The translations under genes and the position numbers were made by a program. From NCBI GenBank assembly GCA_013265495.1, contig MU057700.1:124001-188000 (forward strand): a stretch of DNA of 64,000 bases, in the 5' to 3' direction. The stretch is from Vicugna vicugna. Lineage: Eukaryota. Below, piece by piece: positions 1 to 11,796 of this stretch (within the stretch, counting starts at the first letter, position 1; each line of letters begins with the position of its first letter). The notes beneath the pieces were generated by a model. That model ran no database searches. It was not told the DNA's origin and saw only the letters and a list, made by a program, of their open reading frames with translations.

Positions 1-129
1 GCAGAAATGCAGGTATGCAAAGGATCCTGCAGTGGGGAGTGGGCTTAAGGTGTCAGTAGGCTTCAGACACACAGATAGCCCAGGGGTGGGGGGGTTTATT
101 ATTCCAGAGAGTGCCAGCCGGCTCCGCAG

Positions 130-289
130 ACACCAGTCATTGGATTAGGGTCCATCCTAATCCCGTATGACCTCTTCTTAAAATGATTATATCTGCAAAG
201 ACCCAACTTCCAAACAAGGTCACAGTCTCAGGTATGGGGGATTAGGAATTGAAAATACCTTTTTGGAGGATACAATTTAACCTACAACA
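130..289 (-). mobile_element. MaLR (MLT1-type) LTR fragment
   Basis: ggattagggtccatcctaatcc..atgacctc..atctgcaaagaccc..aaggtcaca..acaatttaacctacaaca is typical MLT1 reverse-strand text. Confidence 0.75.
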
Positions 290-2779
290 TACAGGTTTAT
301 TTTCTTCTGCAAATCTCCATATATCATCTCATTCCTTGAACACATTAATCACAGTTGTTTTAAAGTCTTGGTCTGATCATTCCAACATCTGCATCTTCTT
401 TCTCTGTATGTTGTCTGCCTGGTCTACATTTGTCTTTCATGCATGGATATTTTTGGTAGGGTCCCAGATGTTGTATACAGAAACTGTGAGCCTAGGATGA
501 CCTCAAGACACATGTGCTATTCTCATCTGTGAAGGGACTGGTGGAAGGAACACAACCAGATTTCCTAAAATTACCCTGAGAACATGAGAAGCACAAAATG
601 ACCATATGTACTCACTGGAAATCACAAGACAGCAATCTGAAAATAAATTAATCTGTGAGCCCAAACTGAGAAAAGTCTGCAGGTGCCGATTGATTTGGAT
701 TTACATTCTGTAGAGGTCGGAGACCATATCAAATAAATCAGTAAAATATAAACAGTATGTGAATTGAGCTGAGTACAAAGAGAAGCAGCCAACAGTGATG
801 AGAGGACAAATGCTGGTGGTGCCGCTGCCGAGTGGCCCCAGAGGCCTCCTGAAAGAGCCTGAAGGAGGAAGGGGATTGATGATGCTGGGATGCTAGGAGA
901 CTGGGACAGAGGGAGGGAAGTGCGGTGCCCTGAGGCTAAGGCTGCAGCCTAAACTGTGTTTGTTCTTGGGAGAGCACGGGGGGGGGGGGGGGGAATGGTC
1001 AGAGGTGGGGCCTGGGGTCAGATGTAGGTAGGGCCTATAGGCCATGTTAAAGGAATTTTTCTGTAAGATAAATAGATTATCTTTTGTGCATTTTGAGCAG
1101 ATCTGACCTTAAGAATATTCCTGATAGCAGGTTTGAGACTTGAGTAATAAATCCCTCTACAGAACCAGGCACAGGACCTCACCAGTGACCAACCAAGATG
1201 GCCCTCCACTGCTCCTTCATGATAGCTGTTGGCCCTCACTTGTTACCTTGGGTTTTCTAGTATTTACACAAAAATTGAGGGTAAGATGCTGCTATCTTCT
1301 AAGAAACAGAAATATTACAGTGTTTTCAAGCGACTATTCTAAGACTAGAATAAACCTTATATATTTAGGTTAGTAGGCCTTCCTTTATATTAAGAGGATT
1401 GTGTAGGACTACTATTCAGTAATGCAAAATGATGAACTATTCATGTAATAACCTGGCTGCAGCTCCAGAGAAGTATAGAATAATATATGTGTGATATATG
1501 ATATATAATAGAATTACATAATACATCAAACTTTTATCCTTGATTAGTTCTGAGTGCTGGGTTAGAAACTGGTTTGCCTTCTAAGTGAGATACCCCTGTA
1601 ATGTTCCAGATTTCTGTAATAAGCATGAAAGATGTTTGCAATCAGAAAAAAATTAGATTCTTTCAAAAAGAGTGGGGGTATATATAGTTTCCACGCAGCC
1701 ACAGTGCCTGGGTTCTCTCTCAGTGATAAATACCAGAAAGGCTGTGTAACCCAGTCCTTCAGAAAGGCTCAGGACAAGATGGCCTGTGAGATCTAGAACC
1801 TAGGTCTCCTCTTATGCACAGAGGGGATGATCCAATTCCTGTCACCTAAGTTCCTGGGAAAACTGAGTTAACGTGTCCATCACATACCAAGTGTTCAATT
1901 AAGTGGAAATTGCCCTTAGATTTCTCTGGTTCCTACCTTGGCAACCCCTCATCTGGGAGATGACAAGAGTTAGGAATTATGACTAAAGCCTCCCCACCCC
2001 ATCCCCCTTTCCCCAGGAGAAACAGGCCCAAGGAAGGGGTCCCTGAGGCACAGCAAGTAATTCGACACAGTGAAGCCTGCGCAGAGGCTCCTCTCGTCCT
2101 GTGACTGACTACTTTTCCCACTCCCTACTCTGGGAGGGAAAGAGGAGAACTTAATTACCCTTGGGAATCAGCAGCCCAACTCCAGGGCCCAGGTGCCAAC
2201 TTTCATAGGCTAATTCTGTCTCCTGCATGGTCCTCTCCCCACCTCCGCCCTCCCATCACAGTCCCAGACTTCTCTCACCCACGATTAACCCAGGCCCCTA
2301 GATGTCCTCCATGAGCCCCTTGCCCCAGCGCTGGACAGGTAGAATCAGCCTAAACCACCATGCAGGAGCCTGTATTTGGACAAAGTCACGCTCGTTGACT
2401 TGACAGTGAAGGAGCTGCACGCGTTGGCGTTTGGAGATCGTGGGGCCCTTAGGCTGTTTACGGATGAGAGGAAAGTGTGGGATTTGTTCAGGCGAAGCTT
2501 GGCAGGGTGAAAGTGGATCATGACTCTGTGTAACTGGTCTCCACAGCAAAGTGGAGCCGGGGAACGAAACGTTAAGATGGATGTGGAATATTGCGTCCAG
2601 AAACCCCTCTTCCGGAGCTGGGTAGCAGGCTGGAATCGAGGGGGTCAAAGGGACTTAGCTTTCCCTGGCAGCGATGGGGATTCCTTCTTTACCGGTCGGA
2701 TTTCAAACAGCAGAGCGTCTCACTTTGTGATAGGAGAGACCCAAGTTTCTCAGTAGGACAGCAGCTGTCAGTCACCGAG

Positions 2780-3140
2780 AAGGGGCGTTCTGACGGTGTC
2801 GCTTCCGCGTCTGTCACCCTAGCCCCACGTATGGCCACAGACTTTTGCTTCCTTAGGCGGAACTCGTTTTTACTTTCTCCAATGCAATCCATTCACACCA
2901 GCGTCCTCCGGTGTCCAGCTAGGGGTACACTCCACACTCCAGGAGGAGACACCCCCCTCCCCACTCCCAGGAGGAAAAGGCGGGGTCGGAAGCCGCCCGC
3001 GGGCGGATGACGCAGCGGCGCGTCCGGGCTGCGCCCGCGCCTGGGCTCCGTGCCTGCGCCGGGGCGGCTGCGCGCTCCTGCCTCGGCTCCCGCTGCCTGC
3101 GCAGCTCCGGGTCCCTCGACTGATTCCCGACTCAGGACCA
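2780..3140. promoter_or_regulatory. CpG island / promoter-like element
   Basis: Dense CpG with GC boxes, ETS-like CGGAAG, TGACGCA (CRE half-site) and NRF1-like GCGCCCGCGC (3031-3040). Confidence 0.6.
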
Positions 3141-4660
3141 GGCAGGGGTTCTCCCTGCAGTGGCCACCTCTGCTTCCTCCGTGATCTCATCGTCTTCCTA
3201 CCAGTCACACTGTTCCTCAAAAAGTAAGAAGGCCAGTGTCCCCTCTACCAGGAAAGATGTTTGCGCGGCCGATCCTTCTCACCATGTCCCTTTAAGAATT
3301 CAGCTCAGATGTCACATTTTGCCCTGACCACATCACCCACGAGGTACCCATGAACCTCAGTCATTGCAGCACACTCCTTTTACTTTTTTCACAGCATGCA
3401 TCCGGCTCACAATGCTGGGGCCTTAAAGGTCTGAGAGGATCCATCCCAGGGTGGGTGATGAGCTTGGCACAGCCCCAAGGCTCCCTGCCACACTCCCCTC
3501 AACTACGTGGGACAGTGGCTGCACTCGGTATCCCGAGTCCCATTCGGGTTCCTGCTGCAGCTCTGAGCCAGCCTTGGAACCCTCCCCTCTCCCTGCTTAT
3601 GTGTTCTGCTTCAAGGGCCCCAAACAGATCTGTGATCCTCATTTTTAGACCTCAGGGCCAAGGATGGGCTGCAGACCAGGAGGTAAGGTCCTCAATCTAC
3701 AGAATCCCCTGCACTAGCTTCCTGACCCCAGCCCACAAGTCAGGGGACCCAAAGTCTTGGACACATTATACTTTCTAGAGAATCTAGCACCAACGTGGGA
3801 AGTGGTTGGAAGGTTTGGAGCCGGGCACATTAGAGGGCTGGTTTGAAGCAACACCAAAACAGGGAGCTGCCTCATCAGCCCAGACCCAGACCATTAGCCA
3901 CTGCCTAGCAGGGACAGGGCAGATCTCTGCTACACCAGCCCGCCCCACCCCCGGGTCCCTTCTGGGAGCAGGAGCCGGCTGCATGCCTCCGCAACTTCCA
4001 CCTTAGGCTATGGAGGCTGGCAAGAGGGGTGAGGTTGCAGGATGAACAGGCTGTTCCCCAGCCCCACCCTATGCATCCTGGGACCTTCCCAGGTGTTCCA
4101 GGAATGGACTTTGGACAATACTGAGACCTAGATTTGCATGGATGGTTTTTCGTTCTAAAGTGCACTATGCAGGGCTTCTTGGGATGTTGCTCACAGTGGG
4201 GTCTCACCGGATATTAGAGAAGGGGGAGGGTCCATTGGTTGGTCTGAGGATTACACAGGGTTTTACTGGGGTGAGTCAATGAAGCAACTGCATTTCCTGG
4301 GCTGTGTGAACACTCAATAAGTGAGGTGGGGTCTTAGCAGGGGTCAAACCACTGGGAATCATTCTAGGCTATAGGATGTCATGGGCACCTGGGTCATTGG
4401 GACTTCTGAGGTCTCTAGCAAGGTGCAGAAATTGCAAGGCCCTTTGATAAAACACTGAGGTGTCTGGCACATGAAGCAGGAGACCAACTATCAGGAGGGT
4501 CGCAAAGTCAGCGCAGGGCATGCTGGAAGTGGGCTTCAGGACAGACATGTGGCCAGAGGATGCGTTAGCAATCCATGGGGCCCCCTCCTTTCCCCACGTA
4601 CTGAGGGGCCTGCTCTTTCCTGAGCAAGATTTCGTAGCCCCTGCCCAGCCTGCCCATCCT

Positions 4661-4705
4661 CAACCAGACCCACAGAAAACCATGGTAGGGGGAGAGAAGT
4701 TTAAT
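4661..4705 (-). terminator. FXYD4: FXYD4 polyadenylation signal (ATTAAA) with downstream GU-rich element
   Basis: ATTAAA at 4705-4700, ~145 nt after the stop codon, followed by gttttctgtgggtctggttg (4680-4661). Confidence 0.75.
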
Positions 4706-4850
4706 AATAAGCTTTGGACAGCCTCCCTATCAGAAGGGAGCCTAAGGGCCCACCCTTGGAGAGAAAGGCCATGATGAAGGGTGGGGCCCCCAAGGGGCAG
4801 GAACAGCATGGGAGCTGGTGCAAAAGACTGCCATGAAGCTGGTCCTGGGC

Positions 4851-4870
4851 TCAGCAGGTGCTGACAGAGC
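4851..4870 (-). CDS. FXYD4: FXYD4 last coding exon (GSVSTC-stop); 3'UTR continues to ~4683
   Basis: ttctctccacag|GC TCT GTC AGC ACC TGC TGA. Confidence 0.92.
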
Positions 4871-7084
4871 CTGTGGAGAGAATGGGGGTCCGGTCACTCC
4901 ATAGACACTCTCCTCAGCCTCGGGCAGCCCCAAGGCTGACTAGCTCAGGACAGTCCCGCCTTATACATAGCATAACCATTATTAATTCTCAAATTCTGTG
5001 GCTGCCTGAGTGCCTGGAAGCCTCTGGAAGGAGCCTGTCTCACCTGGAGTGATGAGTGGAACGGCTTTCTCAGGTAAAGGGCTGAGAAAGGAACACATCA
5101 GATTAGCATCCTCGAACCTTCTGTTCTTCTCCGCCACCCAGACTCCTGGGTGCTACTTTAACAGGATCAAATCAGAGCTTTCCCTGATTTGGGGCCCTTC
5201 AGGGTGGATAATCTATGAATAACAAATCCCATGCAAGCCCAGGGACAGCCAGGAAGGAGGCTGTCTTCTTTTTCCAAATTGTAGGACTTTATCCCCAAAT
5301 AGCTCTGCTCAGCTCAAGGTAAACACAATAGGGCCCTGTGCTCACCTGCGCTTCTGATTTGACTTGCATTTGCATTTGCCACCTGTGAAGGAAGAGAGAG
5401 CCAGTGCAAAGAGCCTGAGGAGCCTGGGCCACCCCTCTTCCCACCCTCTCCTCACCTACCACCTCCTGCCTCCCCACCCCTTCCCCGGCCCTGCCAGTCC
5501 CACTGCTCACTCAGGGCGAACAAGATTCCAGCGATGCACAGGAGCACTGCACAGATCGTCCCGCCCACCTGCAGGCCTTCCCAGTCTGGGGGAGCACAGA
5601 GAGGGAGCTGGCACCAGCCTGACTCCACCTCACTCATGCAAAAGATATTTACGAGCACATGCTTGTACAGATGCATTTACATTCCAGGCAACAAGAAAGA
5701 CAAACCAGGAAACAGACACATATTATACTATCTGGTGGGAACAAGTGCTGGGAATTAAAAATAAGCAGAAGCGCTCAGAAAAAGAAGGGGGTTTGGAGGA
5801 TGATCAAGGAAGGCTTTCCTGAAAGGTGGCCTTTGAGATGAGACCTGGGGGAGATGAGGGGCATGTTGGGGAAGGAAGAGGCAGAGGAAGAGGAAATGGG
5901 GGGGGGTTGTAGGGCAGCAAGGAGCTGGGTCCTGCGGAAGGCAAGAGAGAGGGAGTGGAAGGAAGGAGATTAGGTGTGAGATACCCCAGGGGCCCAGCAG
6001 CCTGGTGCCTCCAGGCCCTTCCCCAGAAGTCTTCCCAAATACCCAGTGGGCACCTTACCTACCTGCTGGAATGAAGTTCTCCCAAAGACCATGTTGCATA
6101 TTGGCCTCTCCTTTTGATCGACCACCCACCTTGATTCTTTAATCCCTAGTCTTGGCCCCATCCACCCCTATTTCCCTCCACATCACCCCTCACCAGCCTC
6201 CAGCTAAGAGGTCCAGGAGAGGTAAGGATAGGGGTAGGAGCAAGGGTTATCAGTTCATACCATAGTAGAAGGGACTGTCTTTATCTGCAGGAAAGAAAAA
6301 AAAAAGGAATAAGGACCAGACCCAGGGGGCAGGATATGTGGTCTTGGAAAAGGTGGGGGCAGGGCCAGCAGGGCAGTTTGGGGCCTCACTCACCAACCAC
6401 ATCGTTGGCTTCCAAGACAGGCAGGCCTGGGTGAGAGAAGCAGAGGTATTGGGGGTTAATCCATGACACTGGTCTCAGAATGAATCAGCAGGCCTGACCC
6501 CACCCAGCCCAGAGGACTAGCAGCCTCAACTGTGGATTGTGGAGGGGGGTGGGGGGTACCTGAGGTCACGAGTTCCCGTCCTCACATCTTCCCCGCAAAC
6601 AGACTTGAGATTTTTGTCTCCCACTTCCTAGCCTTTCTGTGAGTTCCACCCCCCAATAGCCCTCTTCTGCCCCCGACCCCGCAAGTCACAACCCTTCCTG
6701 CTCTTCTTTCTTACGCTCAAAATGGGATGGTGTGTTGGTTTCTTTTTATCCTCTCCTGAAAAGCTTCCTTCATGGACCGTGGCTAATGCTCTGTCTCCTA
6801 AAGAAGTAGGGACAGCTGTCCTCTTTCTGCCAACAAATGGTTACAGTTTCCCAAAGTTCCATTGTTCAGGATAACTTCTGCAATATCTGCTTCCTCCCTG
6901 TACTGTTGTTTCCTGTAGGTTTCTCTTTACATTGACAGTTTAAATGAAAGCACATTTATTCCACATCAGGCCCCCTTCGTGAGATGCTGCCCTGGTTTTC
7001 ACAGCTTTGGTGGGTGGGTGAGTGGCACTTCTGGGAGGACTCACCGGCCAGCAGGAGGAGAAGGCCCTGGGTCAGTCCCTCCAT
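4851..7084 (-). CDS. FXYD4: FXYD domain-containing ion transport regulator 4 (CHIF), spliced CDS of 7 coding exons, 88 aa: [88 protein letters not shown]
   Basis: Exons 7084-7045, 6426-6394, 6284-6261, 5585-5511, 5382-5346, 5081-5044 and 4870-4851 total 267 nt, join in frame and all introns are GT-AG. The product has a signal peptide, the PFYYD (FXYD) motif, one TM helix, KCKCK and a C-terminal [12 protein letters not shown]..TC typical of FXYD4 rather than FXYD3. Confidence 0.95.
5044..5081 (-). CDS. FXYD4: FXYD4 coding exon 6 ([13 protein letters not shown])
   Basis: ttcctttctcag|C...CCAG|gtgaga. Confidence 0.93.
5346..5382 (-). CDS. FXYD4: FXYD4 coding exon 5 ([12 protein letters not shown])
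   Basis: ctcttccttcacag|GT...GCAG|gtgagc. Confidence 0.94.
5511..5585 (-). CDS. FXYD4: FXYD4 coding exon 4 ([25 protein letters not shown], transmembrane helix)
   Basis: ctcccccag|AC...CTGA|gtgagc; the peptide is visible inside ORF 5452..5676(-). Confidence 0.95.
   Translation of the reverse strand, partial: TGKACRWAGRSVQCSCASLESCSP
6261..6284 (-). CDS. FXYD4: FXYD4 coding exon 3 (DKDSPFYY), 24-nt micro-exon carrying the FXYD motif
   Basis: T-rich tract ...cctgcag|AT...TATG|gtatga. Confidence 0.94.
6394..6426 (-). CDS. FXYD4: FXYD4 coding exon 2 ([11 protein letters not shown]), 33 nt
   Basis: cttctctcacccag|GC...GTTG|gtgagt. Confidence 0.93.
7045..7084 (-). CDS. FXYD4: FXYD4 coding exon 1 ([13 protein letters not shown], signal peptide)
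   Basis: gccATGG Kozak context at 7084; donor GCCG|GTGAGT; upstream polypyrimidine tract with candidate acceptors giving exon starts at 7104 or 7091. Confidence 0.92.
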
Positions 7085-8474
7085 GGCACAGCTGCAGGAC
7101 AGGGCTGCAGGGGAAGGGGGCTGGCTGGGGTCAGACAGCCCAGACCGGCCCCAGGCTCACTGTGCCTGCGCCTCAAGGATGCCCTTGCTGATGGGGTGGA
7201 CATGGGAGAGTTACTAATTCCTGCTTCCTCATCTAGAGATGATAATAGTAATGCCTTGTGGAGTTACGTGGATTGAGTTAATACTGATTCAGTGCTTAGA
7301 ATAGTGTCTGCACATAGTAAATGCCTTACAGGGCTTTGTTAAAATCTGGTAATCAGATGCCTGACACAATCAGGAGAGCAGGGCTGCTCTTCTAACTCAG
7401 GCTGCCTTCCTAACCCCTACTCAAACCACTACAGTTGTCAGACCTTGGTGTACTGTTTCCAAAGGTCTGGGCCTGGGGCACTACCAGACTGAATTCCAAG
7501 AGAGCATCCACTAAGGCACACCCAGGGCTGAGCTGTGCAGAGGCGTGAGCAGCTGGGCAGGGAAAGGCGGGGAGTGGGCGCCAGGTGCCAGAGGCAGGCA
7601 AGAGCCTCCTCCCCCAGCCCCAGCCATGGACGCTGCTCCAGGTAGCCCTAAATTCCACTCTCAGAGAACACACTGCTAGTGGCAGGAAACTGCCTAGTGG
7701 GTTGGACATTGCTCCTTTCTGTTTTCTCCTTAGGGTAGGAACTATCCATGTCTTCATTCACTAATCCAGGGGGTGGCTCTGTCCTTGAGATAAGACTTCC
7801 CCAAGCTTTCTGCCTGTGGTTAGCCTCAGGCAGGCACAGGGATTGTCAGTGTGTTCCACACTGCAACCCTAGTTATTATGTGCTGAGCCCAGCTGGCCAG
7901 AGAATTCCTTTCTCAGCCACTTAATCTCTCTGTGCCTCAGTGCCACGTAAAAATGAGGCTGATTATCGTAGCAACCTCATACGGTTCCTGTATATTAAGC
8001 CTAAGGTTAGTGCCTAGCACATAGTAAGTAGTGAAATGTGTCACAAGAAGTAAATACATAAATGTACGGGTGCTTTTGCTAGAAGGGAAGGACTATTAAC
8101 GTGCTCCTTCGGATCACCAGGGTTTGTTGGCTGTGAGCAGTTTCCAAACCAGGCCCTCCTTTGGACTCCCCATCTCTCTCTACCCTTTCTACCACCCTAA
8201 ACTTCGGATCATGAGGATCACAACTCCACTTTACATATTCTTTAGTCAAAGACTGGGTCCTATTTCCTCCAGCCACCAACCCCCCCATCCATATGACAGC
8301 GTCACAGAGAAGGCAGCCCCCAATCCTCAAAACCCCCAAACACAAAGCCGTTACTGAGAAAACTCAAGCCCCTACTGCCCCTTCCTCAGCTTGGTACTCT
8401 GGGCCACCCCTCCGCCTCCAACCCCTCTGCCTGGTAGCCCCGAAGTCCTAGCGGAGATCTGCTCCTGAGCTTAC

Positions 8475-8570
8475 CTGAGAGTCCAGTGCAGAGAGCAGGT
8501 CTGTGGAGGCTGCTGGGACTGCGTCCAGCCCAGGTGGGTTCTGGTTCTTTAAACCTAGCGGCCCCGCCCA
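8475..8570 (-). promoter_or_regulatory. FXYD4: Probable FXYD4 core promoter and non-coding exon 1
   Basis: On the minus strand: GC box GGGCGGGG (8569-8562), TATA-like TTTAAA (8553-8548), then ~45-50 nt ending in the strong donor CAG|GTAAGC at 8475/8474. Confidence 0.65.
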
Positions 8571-9633
8571 GGGCAACAATACCATCAGGCAGAAGGGAAC
8601 TGGTCAGATTCCTTAAGATTCCTGGAGCTCCCTCTCCCCAGTGTGCTCTTAAAGGAGACTGTTTACCCTGCCACACCCAGCACAGAGCAGAGTCATGGGC
8701 CCCAGGCCAGCTCAGAGGCTAAGGTGATGGTGGGGAGAGGGACGGGCCTCAGACCCTTCTCTTGAGAAGGTGGATTTTCGCCTAGACCCTAAAAGAGGGG
8801 CCCAGAGGGGTGCTGGATGGGGATGGGATGCTTCTGGGTCCTTGTCCCAGCAGTGGATGTTCCAGGACTTCTGGGGGGGAGGGTGTCTTGGGGACAATAC
8901 TGTCAACAAGGAGTCAGGGGCTGGCCTTGAGGCTCCATTTGCTCAGGGATCCCATTGCTTTCCATCAAGAGGAGGAGCTGGGGCTGAGGAATGCACCCCA
9001 GGATCACCCACCAGGCCCTGACAACTACTTACTTGGCCCCAGGAGACTGAAAGCTGGAATCAGAACCTACCCAGGCCCAGGCCTTCATTCCCTGTCTACT
9101 GCATGGGGGCAGGGGTGTGAGGGGGAAGCTGGGGGGTGGGCTGGGAGGGAGGAAGAGGACTGTCAGCCCCAGGATGAGGAGTGGGTCGCCTTTTTCTGCA
9201 GACCCCCATGCCTGCCTTGTGAACTGCTGGCCAAACTCTCTTCTTAACTGCCCTCCCCAACCCCGATACAGGCCTTTTTATTCTGCCATCTCCCCTCCCT
9301 AATTCTTCTCTGTTCACCCTCGTCTCCCACTGGATGGTGACCAACTGAAGGCAGGAATGTTGCCTCCCTTATTGCCAATGCCCAGACACGGACACCAATA
9401 AATAGATTTTGATTGAATTGTTGAATCAGTGAGGACAAAGAAGCCACCAGGGCCTCCCAGTGCTGGGGGGTCAGAGGGCAGAATAAAGCCCTGAAAGGCA
9501 GGGTGTGGAGGGTTCAGGTAAGTAGGAAGCGGGAGGGCATCCCTAGTGCCAACATGTTGCATCTCCTCATGAAAACCTTCCATGGTACTTCCTTCAAGAT
9601 TCAGTTGTTGCACAGAGTGTAAGATGGGGGCTC

Positions 9634-10147
9634 TGCCATGAAAGACATGGAAGAAACTTAAAAGACATGTTACTGAATGAAAGAAGCCAGCCTGAAAAGT
9701 CTACAAACTGTACAATTCCAACCAAATGACATTCTGGAAAAGGCACAGCTACAGAAACAATAAAAAGATCGTAGTTTCCAGGGGTTTTGGGGAGAGGGAG
9801 GGAGGAATGAACAGAAGGAGCACAAGGGATTTTTAGGGCAATGAAATTATTCTGTATGATACTACAGTGGTGGCTACATGTCATTTTGCATTTGTCAAAG
9901 CCCATAGAATGTACAACATCAAGAGTGAACCTCAATGTAAACTATGGACTTTGGGTGACAATAATGTGTCCATGTTGGTTCATCGATTGTACCAAATATG
10001 CGACACTGATGAGGTATGTTGAGGGAAGGGGAGTATATATGTATGGGGGTGAGGAGGGCTATGTGCAAACTCTGTATTTTCTGCTCAATTCTGCTATAAA
10101 CCTGAAACTACTCTAAAAAAATAAAGTCTATTAAAAAAAAAAAAAAA
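9634..10147 (+). mobile_element. L1MC-type LINE 3' end with polyA
   Basis: cccatagaatgtacaacatcaagagtgaacc..aatgtaaactatggactttggg motif; ends aataaagtctattaaaa(A)n. Confidence 0.8.
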
Positions 10148-11519
10148 GACAGGGGCTCTGGGACCAGAAAGAACTGGATTTGCAGTCCAACTTGCCACCT
10201 GCTCACTGGGTGATCTCAGGCAGCTCCTCGGTTCTGAGCTTCAGCTCCTGCTCCCCAAAATGGATTAATGACAGGACTTACTTTCCAGGTTTAGGGGAGA
10301 GGTGCTGCCGGAGCATGGGGCTGACAGTATGTATTTGTGGAATGAATGCCTCCCAGGCCCTGTGTGAGGAGAGTCTGTTAACCTCAAGATTCAGAAGAAC
10401 CATTAATAGCACATACTTTGGAGTCAAATCCAGGCTCTGTTAGTCACTTGCTATGTGCACTTGAGCAACTGACTTACACTCTTCCTGCCTGCTCGCTCAT
10501 CCCTGAAGTGGGACCGATGACTGAGCCGACTTCGAATGTTTTTTGTGATGATGACATCTGATTATGCTGCTCAGTGCACAGGAGCTGTGACGATAGCTGG
10601 GAATGGCCCTGAAATACACACGGTGAGCTCTGCAGCATGAGAGAAAGGGGGGGGCATCATTACATTTCAGTTCACCCCCTTGGGAAAACTACGCTTCAGA
10701 GAAGATAAAGGTCTTGCTCAAGGACATCCTGCGTCTTGGTAACAGAGTGGAGACTCGGCTCAAGTTTCCAGACTCCTCAGCTGAATTCTTCTGCCCTGTC
10801 AGGCTACAACGGGGAATAAGCAGAAGAAAGCAGACACTTGTAGAAAGAAGACCCTTTAAGTCCCAGGTGCTTTGGAAGCTCTCCAGGAAGTATGAAAAGG
10901 ACCTCAGATCCACTTCTCCAGAAGGTCCTAGCGCTTTTGCCCCACCCTGAAGCTTCTACCCTCTCTAGCATTCCTCCACTCCCATCCCTATCACCACAGG
11001 GTGTTTTCATCTTTAACAGATAGAAAGAAAATTTCACTGGAGCCAGGTGCTATTGACAGTGGTCCAAGGTAGTGGACAGGTGGAGCCCAGAACAGAACCC
11101 AGGGAGAGGGAGCCCAGCTACCTGTGGGTAACTTCTGTGAGCACAATGGTAAGTCACCACCTTATCTCCCCCTTTCCCCAAAGTTAGGTGTAGGCGCACT
11201 ATTGCTGAGTATCGTGTCTGTCCCCTCTAAGACGCATGCTCAGGAGTGGGCAGCGGTGCCTGCCACACTGGAAGTGGCACAAGTCAGTTCCCAGGTTCAT
11301 GAATTTAGCTTCTCAGATATTAAACCCAGTCCTTACAAATGGTCATGAAACTGGTCATAGAAAACTTTAAAAGCTTTAAGAAGTGTTTCATTTGTTAGGA
11401 GTGTTTAGGATAAACAATTGCTTTCTCAAGGTGTGATTCCTGAGGAGCTGGACTGGCAGTTGAAGGCTGTTTTCAGGAAGTCACTTTCTTTCTTTTTTTT
11501 AAAATGTAGCTCATTTTGT

Positions 11520-11660
11520 GGAGGGAGGGTATAGCTCAAGTGGTAGAGCACTTGCTTGGTAGGCATGAGGTCCTGGGTTCAATCCCCAGTACCTCCTCCA
11601 AGGAGAAATAAATAAACCTAATTACTTCCCCCCACCAAAAAAAAAGAAGAAATAAGAAAA
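11520..11660 (+). mobile_element. tRNA-Ala-derived SINE (vic-1-like)
   Basis: gggtatagctcaagtggtagagc..gaggtcctgggttcaatccccagtacctcc followed by an aaataaataaacctaattac tail; Pol III A/B boxes. Confidence 0.9.
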
Positions 11661-11689
11661 GGTCAATTCCAATTTTAGTCATTTTATTT

Positions 11690-11796
11690 ATTTAAAAAAA
11701 TCTAAAAAATTTTTCTAATGGAGGTACTGGGGATTGGACCCAGGACCTCACACATGTTAATCACACGTTTTTACCACTGAGCTACATCCCCACCCC
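11690..11796 (-). mobile_element. tRNA-Ala-derived SINE
   Basis: Reverse-strand SINE body; TSD CAGGAAGTCACTTTC at 11474-11488 and 11797-11811. Confidence 0.88.

Noticed and set aside
978..993. 16-G homopolymer as a G-quadruplex element
   Set aside because: Isolated homopolymer whose length is unreliable; no supporting context
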